Numbered from the stretch's first letter, positions 38,410 through 52,544 are shown. The stretch: 64,000 nt of DNA from Vicugna vicugna (GCA_013265495.1 MU058000.1:1984001-2048000); one strand, 5' to 3'. Notes: generated from the sequence alone by a model not told the origin. Made by a program: numbers and translations.

Positions 38410-38757
38410 CATTATGCTGGTGGTTTCAGCGTTGTGGGAAACATTGTATTGCGACACTCAGAATCTCATTTTGGGACTGAAGCACTCATTTCCACAGCCT
38501 CTGAGAGAGTTGGTGACTGCAAGCTTGCATCCAGGTCCAGAGAGTCTCCTTCTGGAGATTCTCTGAGTTTGAGAGAGCCATCTTGCCCAAGGTCACGCCC
38601 CCTTCCTAGAGTCAGGCCTCATCCAACGACTGGTTGATATGCGGATGAGGACCCAGTGTCCTCACACCAATTAGGGCAACTCTGTAGAGCCATCCAAATT
38701 CACTACTCTGACTGGTCCCCTTCTCAGAGTCTGCTTCCTAGGGAATCAAACATGCCT
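38410..38757 (+). mobile_element. LTR16-like ERVL solo LTR with internal deletion
   Basis: cttgcccaaggtcacgcccccttcc...catccaacgactggttga...caactctgtagagccatcc...tctcagagtctgcttcctagggaa. Confidence 0.75.
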
Positions 38758-41129
38758 CAAAGACACAGGAGAAAAAGAAGACACTAGGCTGCCTTGGGTT
38801 CTACAAAACAAGCCATCTCTCAGTTAGTCAAAAAAACTTCTCTAATTTGGCCAGTGTACATGGGAAGAGACTTATGTTGGGATCTGCATCCAAATCCTCA
38901 GAGTTATACATAGAATTTATTCACTAGTGAATGTTCACTGCACACATATTTTCCCGATAGATATCATGAGAAAAAGTAGCTGAAAAGGAGAGAATAGAGA
39001 ACTTCTGGATATCATAGCAATGATGGGAAACTTTAATGTTGCCTGTAGTATGTGCAGTCACCCCCCCACACACACACACTCACCATTCCAGCAAAAGGTA
39101 CTATTGCAACAATTCATTCTTTCTCTCCAACGTTGTACATTCTGTCCCATCTCTCATCCTCCACGTCTCACTCCATCTGTCCTTTACATTCTGTCAGTTG
39201 TGACCCCTTTTAAGATGGTTTTGATGCTCTGCCCTGATATTCCCAAAGCATCATTACTTCATAGCCTTAACATAAGTGTGTTGTTACACCTGTTTACCGT
39301 GTCGCCTCCAGTAGACTATGGTGTTGTCAGCACATCTGTTTCTAGCACCTAATACAGTGCCTGACACTAAGCATGCGCTCTTTTGAGATCGATTTTTTGT
39401 GAGAGTCCCATCTGCTTTTTATATCCCCTGTGGATACTGTGAATTCTGCAGGTGATGTTTACTAAGTAGCATCAGAGAGCTCTAAATATCTAAAAATGTA
39501 ACACTATGCAGTGTATTCTCCAGCTAAGCTTCCCGAGTATCAGTTGCTTATTATTAAAATATTATCATGCTTTTCTATCCTGTGTTTTCAACCACATCAT
39601 TGAACTCCTAATTATAAACTACTGTTTTCTTGCTGTACCTTGTTTTTCAAAATAGACTGTAAGCTTTTTATGGGCTGGGTCAGGAACTTATACCCCAGTT
39701 TCTTCCTCAAATTGACTAGTGCCACATTAAGTCCATAGCAGAATTTTCATTTGGCAGTTGATTATTTGACCGGATGTATGTAATGGAATATCTTTAATTT
39801 TCTTTCATAAATATAAGTATCATCCAAATTGTCCATACTTTTAGAATAACTAAGAATCTTTTATTTTTGTTATTAGCAAAGGGAAAGTGGCTTTGGTATA
39901 AACATTTGTCTTAAGTTTCTAAAATCTCCATTTATTTCACCAGAATAAAATAGTCATAGGTAAAACCTTTTTTTTAACTAAAATCTGCTTAATTATTTCT
40001 TGCAGCAAGAATATTGCTAATTGTCTTAGTTTTTATGCAAAAATCTCATTAGTAACAATTTTATTTTACAATTTACCTAGAAATCTATCTGTGAAGATTG
40101 AAATGTGAAGGCTTTAATATTCTTCCCACTTGCTTCCCTGATTATAGTAAATATCATTAGCTGTGATTTCGCATACTCAGACCTTTAAGATAATTACATG
40201 TGAGCTAGTCTGATGTTTATTTTGGTATTGTGTGTAAGGAATCAGTGTGGTGAGGAAAATGTAAACAGGTTGTAGATGGGACTTTATACACTATACTGAT
40301 ATAAAAGAACAAGTGTTTTAAGAGACTCACGGTTTTCAGTTACACTTTACATATACACATACAAAAAGCCCAAGAACCTGGATGAAAGCAAAAACAGACT
40401 CTGAGCAGCCAAATGAGAAGTAACATATTTTCACATTTTTCACATATTTTCACTTTAAGACAATCATCCCAAGTCTAGTCACATAATTTAAAAAGCCCTG
40501 TTGCTTAGGGTCCTGGTCACCCAAAATAGAGGGCACCACAGTGCAATGAGTAGAAGTTACCACTAGAAGCAGCTGGAGCAACAGGAAAAAAAAATCCCAA
40601 CTGGCAGGTAGATCCCAAATTGGGGGATCATAAGTAAGAAAAGGGCAGGTGTAGGTACATGAATCCAAGATGGGCCATTTAGTACTACTAGTGCGGGGAA
40701 AACAAATCTAGAAACATAACCGGTTCTTTATTTGATGAAATGCCATATATTTGCCTAATGGTAACAAACAATTGCTAAGAATAGAATTTTACATTTCAAA
40801 AAGCGATTTTAGTATATACTGAGAGCTGCTGGTCAGCATCCATTCGAATTGGATATTGCTATTTCCCCACCAGTTTTTGGAAAGTCTTTAGTATTATCAC
40901 TGCTTGCAATAAGCATTTTAACCTTTAAGTAAACTCTACTGCAGTTGTGACAGGTTACTTTCTGTTGCAAATAGAAACATATCACAAGCAGATTATCTTG
41001 GTCCTCAGGGTTCTTATTACTTCAACTGTCACATTGTGTGACAGGGTAAGTTCTAATCCAAGAAGGGGTAGTATGTCTCGCATGTGTCATGTGATGTTTG
41101 GTAGATGTTCTCCAAAGACTTGGGCTGCC

Positions 41130-41540
41130 ATAACATTCGGAGAATGTTTGCTAGGGAATGGCCACTCAGTCAAGGACTTTGTCCCCCTCTCCCTGCTTTC
41201 ACTGCGTCCCCCTTCCCCCACTCGACTCCCCTCCTATGTCGCACCCTCATTTCTGTTACTTCCAGACTGAAGAGTAAGCAAGGATGCCTGTTCCACATCA
41301 CCATACTGCCATTTCCTGCCCACATGCCTAGCTACACAGTAGAAGCACTAGTGAACACCTGAGACACAGGTAGAAAGAGTCTGGATACCTGAATCTCCAT
41401 GTGGAAAACCAACTGCCACCCAGAACTGGAAGCATTTTACTACAGCATGTGAACATGTAATATGTCGTATTCTGTCAAAGCAATTAGCTTGGAATTTATC
41501 CCATATAGTTTGGGATTTATTGCTTAAAGTAGCTGTGTTT
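41130..41540 (+). mobile_element. Old MaLR LTR pieces (MLT1I/J-like), apparently with an L2 3' fragment inside (~41240-41362)
   Basis: ctagggaatggccactcagtcaaggact; agaaagagtctggatacctga...tttgggatttattgcttaaagtagc; L2-like atgcctagctacacagtagaagcactagtgaacacctg. Confidence 0.45.
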
Positions 41541-43609
41541 AATACTTATTGTATTTAATTAGAGGGTACATCTTTTTTCAAAATCGGCTAGTGGAATTCT
41601 TGTAAGCAATTTGCAAAGACAGGGGTACATGCCCATGCCCATGCCCATAGGAAAGTAAACAGGATTATAGATTTAAAACTCATTTGTTTAGCACCAAAAA
41701 ACAGGATAGAGATAACTCGTTTATAACATTCAGTGCAGCTTCTCAACCTTCAGTATTAAGTCTGGTCTATCCTTGTCCTTGTGGATAGAATAACCAACCC
41801 AGTAGAGTCCAAACCCATGTTGCAGCCTGTTCTAGGTTTTGATTATCCTGCACAGCGTTTCCCCAGTTGCAATCACTAGAAACGTGAGAATAAGCTATAG
41901 AACATCTTCTTCACATTAACCTTTCTTTTCCCGCAGACCTTATAAAATCAACCCTGAGTTTTCTGACTTTCACAAGTTCAATTTTTTTTATTTGACAATT
42001 TCAGATATTGTTCCAAATCTGTCATTGTCTAGCTCTGACTTTATGAATATGTTATTAAAGTTCTCAGGCTTTTGTTCTTACCTATAAAATAAGAGAATTT
42101 GGTCCAGTTAACTCTAAGTTGTCTTCCAAATATAAGCAGTACAGAGTATGTCTTTTATGTATACAGCAAATATATAAAATATCAATATCCTTTCCCTTTG
42201 TGTCATATTGATAAAAGCCATCTAGCTCCATAGTAGGGACACTTTGTGCTCTAAGCATTCCTGGATAATTGTGTAGTTGGTTCTAATTTCGTTTTCCTTT
42301 TCTCTTTCTCTGTACTCCAACCATAACCGAAGCCATTTGTTGAAATATCACCACATTTACACGTGCATTTCCAACAATGTCAAGTGCTGATCAAGGTTAA
42401 AAACAATATTGTAAGCCTACACACATGTTTATACGCCCCACCCTTCACAGACTCAGAGATTCATTGGGAGTGTGTACTCTTTCTCTTCTACCTTAGAGTA
42501 GAACATTTTAAGAAGGACTAAATAAAGTTATTTAACTTTCTTTGTCATAGAAAGAATAAATTATGTTAAACTTCACACAGAAAATTAAATTAACCTAACC
42601 ACTGTGTTCCCCGAGCAACAAAATGCTTTTTTAAAAAAAAAAATTGTAATTGGTTTTCAGGTAATACTTGGACCTGTTTACACAGGGCTCTCCAGAAACA
42701 TGCTGCATTGGTTAAATGGCTCAAGCCAATAAAGTTGTGCTGCTGAATTCCTGAGAAAATGAAATGCTTAGTACTTAAAAATAGCGTACCAGTGTTTTCT
42801 AAGAACGGAAAGCTTTGAACTACTGAGACAAGCGCAATTAAGCTTTGTGTTTCATGTATAACTCAGCTGAAACTGAAATGAAGGAGCCACCCAAAGTAAA
42901 CCATTGTTAGAGTCAAGAAATAGTGCAAGATAGTTTCAGTCAACAAGTTCTCAGTGAAAACTCAGAACAAGGAGAGAGAGTAAATTAAAGAGAGAAGCAT
43001 GAAGTGGTATGAACTGGTTGAGAATTTTCTCTTGACTATTAAAAATGCTACATTATTTGATAGCTTCTCTTACGTGGTTGATTGAAATGACATTATAACA
43101 TTCTACTAGCCAGTGAAGTTTGCAGACATTAAATTTGGGAGGCATGAAGGGGGCCTTCTCTTTGAGAAAACTGTGCAGATTGCTCCCATTTAAAATTGGG
43201 ATTGGGCTTTGTTGAATGGAATATGTTAATTGTGAAAAAGACAGGTAATGTGCCAGCAAATTTAGAAAGTGAACATCATTGCTATTCCTTGATGATTTTT
43301 AAATCCTCATCATCCCGCAGTGAGCACATAGTAAAAAATGTTATTAGCAAGTTAAACTATCAAGAGTAAACTTTACACAATGAAAAATAGACAGAAAAAC
43401 ATAACATGTTACGACTTATCATCTGGCGATTTCAATGTTTGCACATGTACAAGTCAATTTTTTTATACTTCTCTTGGCTCAGCTGAAATATTTAGTTTTG
43501 ATTAGTGATTTTAATACTTGGAGGCAGCAGAAGGAAAGTGAGAGCTGCCTTGCAATCTCACCTCTACCTGCACTGAGATCGTGGGTCATGATAACAAAGC
43601 TAAATTTTA

Positions 43610-43770
43610 TATTAAATATTTGGCACATCCCAGAAACTATTCTAATCACTGTAATTATATTGTCTTAACACTCACCACAATTTTATGCAGCAATTAACTA
43701 CTACTACCCACTTTAAAGATGAGAAACATAGCCTAGAGAGATTGTCATTAGTTTCTCCAGGATAAAAACT
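43610..43770 (-). mobile_element. MIR fragment
   Basis: ctcaccacaattttatg...acccactttaaagatgagaaacatagcctagagag. Confidence 0.65.
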
Positions 43771-43849
43771 TAACAAAAAAAAAAATGGGGAATGCAGTAA
43801 AGAAGTGGGTATCAAATTGCCTTCATGTCATCATTCAGTGTCACTCTGA

Positions 43850-44095
43850 CAAAAGGACTTCCACCTATATAATATTTAAATAAGTCTTCCCCCTTCTATA
43901 GTTACTTATATCCCTTTACTGTGCTCTATTTTCTTTTATTACACTTAGTATCATCTCCTGTTTAATGGTTGGCTCTTCTCACTATAAAAACATAAACTAA
44001 ATGTGTGCAGCTGTCTTACTAGTTTTCTATTTTTTTTTCCCTTTGAGCCTGGAGTAGTGCATTCATAATAAGATCTCAATAAATATTTATTAAGC
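43850..44095 (+). mobile_element. L2 3' region
   Basis: ttactgtgctctattttctttt...gagcctggagtagtgcattcataataagatctcaataaatatttatt. Confidence 0.65.
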
Positions 44096-45765
44096 AAAGC
44101 AGTGTATTTTCTGGTTTACCAAGTAATCAAATAAAAGTAATCAAACTACGTAATTCATCACTATAAAATAGCAGTGTTGACCATAAATGTTAGTAATGAA
44201 GGGTTAAGAAAGGCTTGAGGAAACGTTGGGAGGTTATGGAAATGTTAACTATCTTGCTTTTGGCGATGATAAGCATAAGTGTAGGTATGTCATCATTTAT
44301 CCTTTATTGTATGTCAATTTTTCCTCAACAACGCTGTTGTAAATAAGGGTAGAGAACATCGTAGAACAAAAGCTAGAATGAATTAATTAAGTTTACTTTA
44401 GGAAATTATCACCAAATGTTTCTTATTTTAGGTTTCTCTCATTTACCAATCAAAACATTCTAACTGACTGGCATATGGGGTCCAGTGGATAAATACCAGA
44501 GGCCCTGTAATGCTGATTAATCCAGGGACTTCTGCTTCAGTATCAGCGAGCAAATGGCATTGCTCACTATTTATCAGTAAAATATCTCACCTTACATGCT
44601 TGAATTTCATCTTATATGAAGTAGATTATACTAAAGAATATGAAGTTGAAATTGCCCTAAATTTTAACTCCTGTCCATGTTCCGAATTTTTAGGAATTCA
44701 TATACATTGTGACACTAATGCTTTAATACATACATCTTAAAACAAATAATAGCACTTTGTAATAAAAGTGTAAACAAGATCTTATATATGAATTTGCACT
44801 TGTTATTCCCTGCTGTGTTTGAACATCAAGTTTACAACCCATAATTATCATTGTCATTTATTATTGTAATTGTAGTTGTGTGTGGGATAGATAATCCCAA
44901 ACAGAATAATATAAAATCCACTCATATTTGATTTTAGACCACTGTGGAAGGAAGCAAGGGAAATAAGTTTAGATTAAAAATGGAAATCTATATGAAGATA
45001 ATCTGAATTTGCTGTGTGTCTAAGCTACCATAGAGTTCCTAACCTAATGTTGGACTTACTGAGTTAACTAATGAAGCTGCAATGAAGGAGTCTTAGGGTA
45101 TCAAAAGCATCTTTATGATTTTATTATATAGACCCAAGAACTGAAAAAAAAGGCACAATTTTCCATATTTCTAGATTCTCTAAATATAACTTTGATATGG
45201 CTAATAAAAAGCACTCCCACAAGTCAAATCATTCAGCAAGTTTCAAATAAAGAATAAATGATAGTTGTATTTTATTTTAAATGTTTAATTATTTCATATA
45301 CAATATTAGGCCCTGGGAATGCAAAATTGAGTAGTATGTGCTTCCTGCCCCAGTCGCCTGGTTGAGCATTGGTGATGATAGTATTCAAGACAGGACAATA
45401 ATTTAGTGCAGATTAAATTATCTTTCTATCATGAAATATAAATTTTTATATAACTAAGGATGTTTGTGTTTATTAGGTAGGGCACTTAGCAACTGAATGC
45501 TATTTGAATTAACTAGCTTCTTAGTGTGAAATTCATGGCCCTTAGTATTTACTTATAATTGTTAGGGCAGCAGACTTTAATGTTACAGGACTCCTATTAA
45601 AGATGAAACCCATGTTTAATTTCATTGGCATGGCAGAATAGAAGGATGACAGAAATATAATTGTTGGGTATGCTAATAGATTTTCTTACCCTTTAAAATC
45701 ATTGATTAGGTAACACTTGGTTCAAAAGCAGAAACGAGACAGGCATACAAATGATAGGCCTTGCA

Positions 45766-46043
45766 TACAGTAGTTACTATCTGCAAGTCTGGAACTCCCA
45801 GTTTATCCCTGCAGATACTAACTACTATATGTGAAATAGATAAACAACAAGGTCCTGCTATATAGTACAGGGAACTATATTCAGTATCTTGTAATATTGG
45901 ACGGAATAATGTAATAGCCTATAATGAAAAAGAATATGAAAAGGAATATATATGTATAACTAAATTACTATGCTGTACATCAGAAATGAACACAACATTG
46001 TAAAACGACTATACTTCAACAAAAAAATAAAATAAAATAAAAT
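45766..46043 (+). mobile_element. Short LINE-1 3' UTR insertion with 5' inversion and 17-bp TSD
   Basis: TSD aaatgataggccttgca (45749-45765) and aaatgataggtcttgca (46044-46060); A-rich (AAAAT)n tail; 45766-45809 is inverted L1 UTR. Confidence 0.95.
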
Positions 46044-46059
46044 AAATGATAGGTCTTGC

Positions 46060-47060
46060 ACCATCCTCCATCTGCTGCTCCCACCCCAACACACATACAG
46101 ACACTCTTTCTCCCTCTCCCTCTCTCTTCATGTAACCATTCATTGTTTTTGTAAACTGATCCAAACATTGTTTATGACAATATAAGCAAGTAGCACACAT
46201 GTATTTACTTTATACAAAAGAAATTCAGTGAACTTTGTTAAAGTTTTGTATATGAGTGATTTCTTGGCTGTGAAGAAATATTTATAGGGAAAATACGCAG
46301 TGATACCTTGCTAAATTGCCCTCTCTACATTCCGTGTGGATTTGAACCACCATCTGAAATATAGGGAGCTGATTCGTCCTAGGATGTATGGTTGAACAGA
46401 GTGTGTTTTTAAACCTGGGTCTTTGCCAGTCTCCTAGGTGAAACAGGTACCATAATGTAGTTTTAATTTGCGTTTTTTTCCTCACAATGAAAGACATGGA
46501 TCTTCCTTTCATAAAGAGCCATTTGTATTTTCCTTTCTGTGAACTCCATGTTCAATAAGTTGTCACTCTGTTTCTTTTGAGTTGTTTATCTTTTTCTTAT
46601 ATATGTATTTTTTAGAATCACTTTATGTATCAGGGATATTCTACTATGAAATGTGTTGCATATATTTTTTGTAATATAACTTTTTCTTTTGATTTTGCTT
46701 ATGGTATTACTATGCAATGTAGATCTTTCATGTTATTTATATAATTATGTGTCAGCATGTTCTTTAGTTTTCTCAATATTGAGATGTATTAAAGATATTC
46801 TTATATAAAACACATAAAGGAATATTACTATGGTGTTTTGTTGTTTACATATTATATTTTAATTTTTTACATAAACATTTTTACATATTTATGATATTTG
46901 AAATATTATGGAATTCATCCTGATGTACCGTATAGAGCCTTGACTTCTTTTTTCAGATGGCAACTCAATTTTCCAACATCATTTAGTAAAAAGTTCTTCC
47001 ATCAGCTGGTTTAACATGCAACATTTATCATAAAGTGAATTACCCTATATGTTTATGTCC
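46060..47060 (-). mobile_element. Ancient LINE-1 3' region fragments
   Basis: tgtagttttaatttgcgttttt; agccatttgtattttcctttctgtgaact; cagatggcaactcaattttccaacatcatttagtaaaaag. Confidence 0.7.
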
Positions 47061-48869
47061 ACTTGCACACCAAGGAGGAGGCATGTAACATAAATAGGTG
47101 AAATGGATTTTTCCAGCTTGCCAGAAATACCAAACAGAACCAGGAGCAGGAGGAATGGCCAGAGGGAAGGGATGGTTGGAATCATCACTTCTAGGGTTGG
47201 TCCCTAGACAGAAACTGTAACTCTTGTAACTCTACTTTTAGTACCAAGACCATCTATAACTCTCTCTCCCATGCTTTCTAAACCCATTTGTGTTCCTATC
47301 TTATTATCCTGTGAATTTCCTTTGTCCTTCAAATAAGATACCCTCTTTAGATTAATTCAGCCAGAATTGGTTTCTTTACTATGCAAAGATTAAATAACAC
47401 CCTAGTTCACACAGCTGAGAAGTGTTCACACTCTATCATTAAACAACAAAACCTAAGTTTAAACTGATGGGATCATAACTTGAGGTTTTAAAGAGGTGAC
47501 TTGGAAGTAAATCACTTCTTTCGGTATCTCCTACAGGAAACTGCTCTGAACCCAAGGTCTCTAATTCTGCTACAGGTCTTGCTTCAATTCCATTTTATTG
47601 AATACTCTTGAAGGACATCACTGTAACTATTTGTGTTAAGAAACTGTTGCTCAGAAATATCGTACTGAAAACCTTCCAAGCAAATTTCATCCATTTCCAT
47701 TGTTGTTGGGTTCTGGTAAAATATTAAAACATTTGACTGGAGTTGGTCATCATTAGCGGTTTTAACTTTGCTTTTTTTCCTTTTTTGCCATATCTTCATC
47801 TGCCATTTCCAGCATGACCATTCAGTATGCCCAATTATCGGTACTCTACAATGAAGTCAGAGTCCCATTAATTTGCTAATGAACTGATACTGACTTTATT
47901 TTCTGCAAGCAGGTGATGCCTCAGAAGGCAGTTACCTCATTTTCAAAATGAGCCCTGATGAATTTCCTCTGCTGCAAAAATTGAAAAAAAAATCAATTAA
48001 AAATCTAATTGGCTTAATAATACCTGGTTTTAAATTACTAGTCTGGCTTGAGGCCAAGTGCTCCTGATTCCCAAGAGATCTGACTTTGTGCTTCCCTCCA
48101 CATAAGACCCCTCCTGGTGCAGGTGAATGAGACCCGGGAGGAAACACGACTCCCTATTGAAGGAGCAGTTAGCAGTGGGTTCCAAGCACCGCCTCAGATC
48201 ATTGGGTTTTGATGCTATAGTACAATTCAATTATGTAAATATTTTGGAAAGCCTACTAAATAAAATTGTGAGGAAATAGCTGAGTAATTTTCCCCCCAAA
48301 CCTTGGCTGATTTCTCATGTGGGTAGTCAGACGAATTATCTAGATAACCATAGTCCTGTTGGCTTCTCTGAGAGAGGCCCTTTTCTCAGCCACCTAACAT
48401 TTAATCACTGTCAGGTGTGTAACTGGTGAAGCAAGAAAGTTAAAAAGGACAGAACAGAAAGAAGGCCAATCATCAACCTATAGAAGTTATTTCAGTTTTA
48501 CTTCTGCTACATGCATATTTGAGGATTCCTTGTGGCAATTCTTTAAGTCAACCCTTTTCCTAAAGTGCCACCTGGGGCTATGGCAGGTGATGTTTGTAGT
48601 GAAGATCAGAATTACCAGGGGCCAAGTTAAATTCTAAACAGAAATATGCTATTTACATTTGACACTGGGGCTTAGGACCAGCTTCATCCACTTCTGAAAG
48701 CTTTCCAGGTGAGTTCTCTGCCTAGCTCTGACTGAAGAAGTACCTGTTAGCAAAGAGAACAATTTAATACTCCCTGCAATGATAACTAGAGGGCAGGTCA
48801 AATCAAAAACCAGACATAAAGCCCTATAGAAGCCAAGTCAATCAGAGCTGACAAATTAATAATTGTTAC

Positions 48870-49005
48870 CTTAATTCTTACAAGCCTCCATTTTCTCATT
48901 TGTAAAGTGGACAAGTAAGCTTTACTTTGGAGGATGTTTTTAAGGATTAAGTGAAACGTTTGTAAAGTGCCTAAAATTGTATCTGATGCTTAGATGTGCT
49001 TGTAG
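48870..49005 (+). mobile_element. MIR fragment
   Basis: aagcctccattttctcatttgtaaagtgg...taaggattaagtgaaacgtttgtaaagtgcctaaaattgtatctg. Confidence 0.75.
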
Positions 49006-49849
49006 ATATTTTTTCCACATAGTCTCACAATTTAACAAAAAAGGAAATAGAAAACTATGGTAAATATTTTAACCATACTAAAATAGGTCCTGTCGTTAAT
49101 ATTCCTAAAATTTTAAATCTTTGACTGAGGATAGTCTTTCCATGCTAAAATTTTAAAAGACCACCAGTGCCAGCCACTTACAGAATTAAAATGTAGTAGA
49201 GCCCTCTGAAGATACACAGGTAGATGAAGGTCCAGGATAGGGGAGTGCTAATGGGATCTGACAAGTAGATTACTGACTTGTCAATCTTCTTTAAAAATAA
49301 TAATACGTGTATATATTGTTGACCGGTCAGATACAACTTTTTCTGAGCAAATAGTTTACAATTTGGTTGTAAAGTAGAAATGAGTCTGCAAACTCCTGCT
49401 TTGCTTTTCTACTGAAGTTGGATTTAGAAGACATGATTTGAATTATTCAATGCCACCAGTGTCCTCAGAGATTCACAATTGTTAAAACCTCAAGTGTCAA
49501 ACAGAGTGAAAATGAGACCTCAGGCCCCATAGAAATTACAAAGATAAGTTACAAATCTGTAATGGGCAGATAACAGGAAAAGAGCTGGATGAACATGTGA
49601 TAGCTGGCATGTGGCAAGACAGAATCTGAAAAATGAGTTCCATCAAAATGAAAAATGTGATCCATTTTGGAGTTACCTATTTTTGCTTTGAAGATTGGAT
49701 GGGGACAAATACCATCTTCTTGGTTATGTTACCATGCAGTAAATAGATACTCATCTGTAAGTTGATTCAACAATTCCTCTGGCAATGATAATGAAATGCT
49801 GCTGACTAGTAGCAAAGAATACAAGTTCTTGAATGGGAAAATAAAAAGC

Positions 49850-50290
49850 TGTGTTTAAAGGTGTTTCTTCACTTTCTGGCTGTTTGACATTAGGTAAACA
49901 AGACTATTACTTTATTTGTTTTGGTTTTCTTACCTGTAAATTGAGGATGCCTACCTCATATGGAAACCACCCTCTTATAATGGAAACAAAATGATAGCAA
50001 AACATTTAAAGTGTTTAGTCCAGTTCCTGGTATACAGTATGAGCTCAATAAGTAATTAAATAATTGTTACAGTTTATTTAGCTTCTACTATGTAGGTGCC
50101 TTGTCTAACATCATATATGACTTATGTAATTTAGCTTTTACATTTTTAGTTTGGTAGAAAACATGTAGTCTTCTTTTGAAGATAAGGAACACTAAGACTG
50201 AGAGAACTTACATAATTTGTCCAAATTCACCCAAAAAGTGATAGATCCTTGAACGGAACTCATAACTTTCTGAGCTTCAGATTTTAATAC
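49850..50290. mobile_element. Two MIRs tail to tail (+ ~49850-50060; - ~50070-50290)
   Basis: ttttcttacctgtaaattgaggat...gttcctggtatacagtatgagctcaataa, then gataaggaacactaagactgagagaacttacataatttgtccaaattcac. Confidence 0.65.
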
Positions 50291-51899
50291 TAGCATTTTT
50301 TTTTCTTTTGCCTGTGACCTTGCTACTATTCTATCCTGAATCTCTCATTTTAAAGATCTAATTGCCTTCCCCGCAACCATTATTACAAAGGATTTAAAAC
50401 TGCTTTATCGTATTGTTCCCTAGAGTTTTCTACATGTTTGTCTTCTCCTACAGACACCTCACTGATTTCCCTAAAGAAAGAAAATAGGTCGTAAACTATT
50501 TACATTGCCATTTCACTGAGGACAGAACCAACAGGTGCATTATTACAGCTGCTAAATAAATAGCAAAGTAATACAGCTTAGTCTATATTTTGCTACATTT
50601 AATTCACTTTAGGATTTACATTTAGTGCATCTTTCAATCTTCAGCATTCTAGACTACCTAAATTAATGAAGAAACAATTCCAATTTAGCAAATTGAGCAA
50701 CTGGCCCCAAAAGATTACTTTATTCTGAGACTTTCCAATGAAAAAATTGTTTATAAAATGTCTCACTCCCATTTAAAATTTCCTAATTTTTTTCAATAAT
50801 TGACATCTAACTATCTTTATATAACCAAAACTTCTGGAAATGGAAAAAGAATCCTTGTGTCAGACAATACTTACTCTTGTGCAGGTACATTAATTTTGAC
50901 TTACAGGAAGATTGCTTAATTTATGTTGTAGTTTTTCTCCCTACATTGGAGTTGATTTATATGAAGTTCTTGCAATGAAAATAGAGCCAGCAGGGCTTTT
51001 GACCCATACAACTCAGTTTCAGATTTAGGTTCCACCACTTGTGTTATGTTGTCCTTTCTCATAGAGAACTGTCAGAATGATCAGACTCTTATTTTGAAGA
51101 GAGCTAGATGCCTCGCATCACCTATACTGGCAAAGAACCACAGTAGAAATACATATATCCAAACTTTGTGTATGCGTGTGTGTGTGTGTGTGAAAAATTC
51201 TCTTTAGTTACTTTCCAATCAATTAATCAGTAAATATTTATTTATCATATGCTGTAAACCAAACATTGCTAAATGCTATTGGAGATATAGACAGATATAA
51301 ACATGGTTCTTGCAATATAAATTTACACTCAAGATTCTAAAACTTGAATTAAAATATATAAAAACATAAAAAAAATATTATGATTTTTAACTTAGGGCTA
51401 TAGCATTTAGCATGATTATTTCCTGATATAGCGATACCAACAATAACGGGTGACAATATGTGTTCAGAAAAATAGAGACCGCTTTTGGCAAGGGGTTTTA
51501 TGGAGAACACCTGAGTTTTTTGCTCCCTTTCTTGGCCATAGCCACTTCTTGCTAGTGGTGGCTGGTGATCACTTCAGGCGCTGTTTTCCTAACAAACCTG
51601 CTTCACAAGAACTCTTCTAATCTCCCATTGTCTCATTTTTTGGTCTTTCCATTCTTCACTGCCTCTCACCATGAATTGCATACCTTGGACCTCTTCTAGC
51701 TCTCCAGCACTGGGGCCACCACTGGTAGCTCAGCTAGTTGTGCTCTGCACACTGCCTACTCTGTACCGTGATCGTGGGCTTAGCCCAGGTGGATGCTTTC
51801 TCTGTCTCTTGCTCAAAATTACATGTTTCCCTTTGAGAATGAAATGATTCACTGTCTCTGGGTTAAACAGATCTAGGATGAGATATATGTCCCTGGTCA

Positions 51900-52265
51900 T
51901 GTCTTAAACCATATTTTGGCCAAGAAAAACTAACTTAGCTGGTTGATCCAAGAAGTACCTGCATCTGTAAGATTAGACTGAGTTCACTAACTCTTGGTCA
52001 TTTAAGAATTATGACTAACAACTTTTTCATCAAACTGCCCTTCAAGTCTCTTATCCTGTTTTGCCTACCAGTGAATCTTACTCAGTCTCAACCATTTCCC
52101 CATTTTCCAAGGCATACATTAAAAATCATTCAGCTCAGATTTGAAGACCTTATAACTACCCTTCCCTAATTTTTTTCACTTTTGGGATACTAACAAGGCT
52201 CTGCCAATTTGGTGTTCTCCATTACTACAGTAGACTTAATAAACTTAGCTTTTTTGAAGAGTCAG
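51900..52265 (+). mobile_element. ERV-class LTR fragment (family not assigned)
   Basis: TATA-like ccttataac followed by ggtgttctccattactacagtagacttaataaacttagcttt, a typical LTR R/U5 poly-A signal context. Confidence 0.5.
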
Positions 52266-52544
52266 TAGTCAATACCTTCTAAACGTGGCTTCCTTGCTAA
52301 TGCTGTACCCTCTGTAGTCTGATTTGATCTCATATGGCATTATAACCAAACAATTTAAGCAGTAGAAATTCTAATGATTACATCCTAAATGGCAATATAG
52401 AAGAAAGAGAAAGAACAATGGTAGGAAATTCTGAAACTCATAAGTGACTGTACATTCTGGTTTTAGGAATGGATTCTTTAGTTTTGAGTCTGCAGTTGCA
52501 AGATTCCATAGGAACATTAACAGTATTTCTTCATTAATTTAATA

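Noticed and set aside
39020..39352. 110-aa ATG ORF
   Set aside because: Runs through a CA-rich tract and an L2 relic; no protein-like features
49256..49286. Small inverted repeat tgacaagt...acttgtca
   Set aside because: An 8-bp stem is expected by chance in 64 kb
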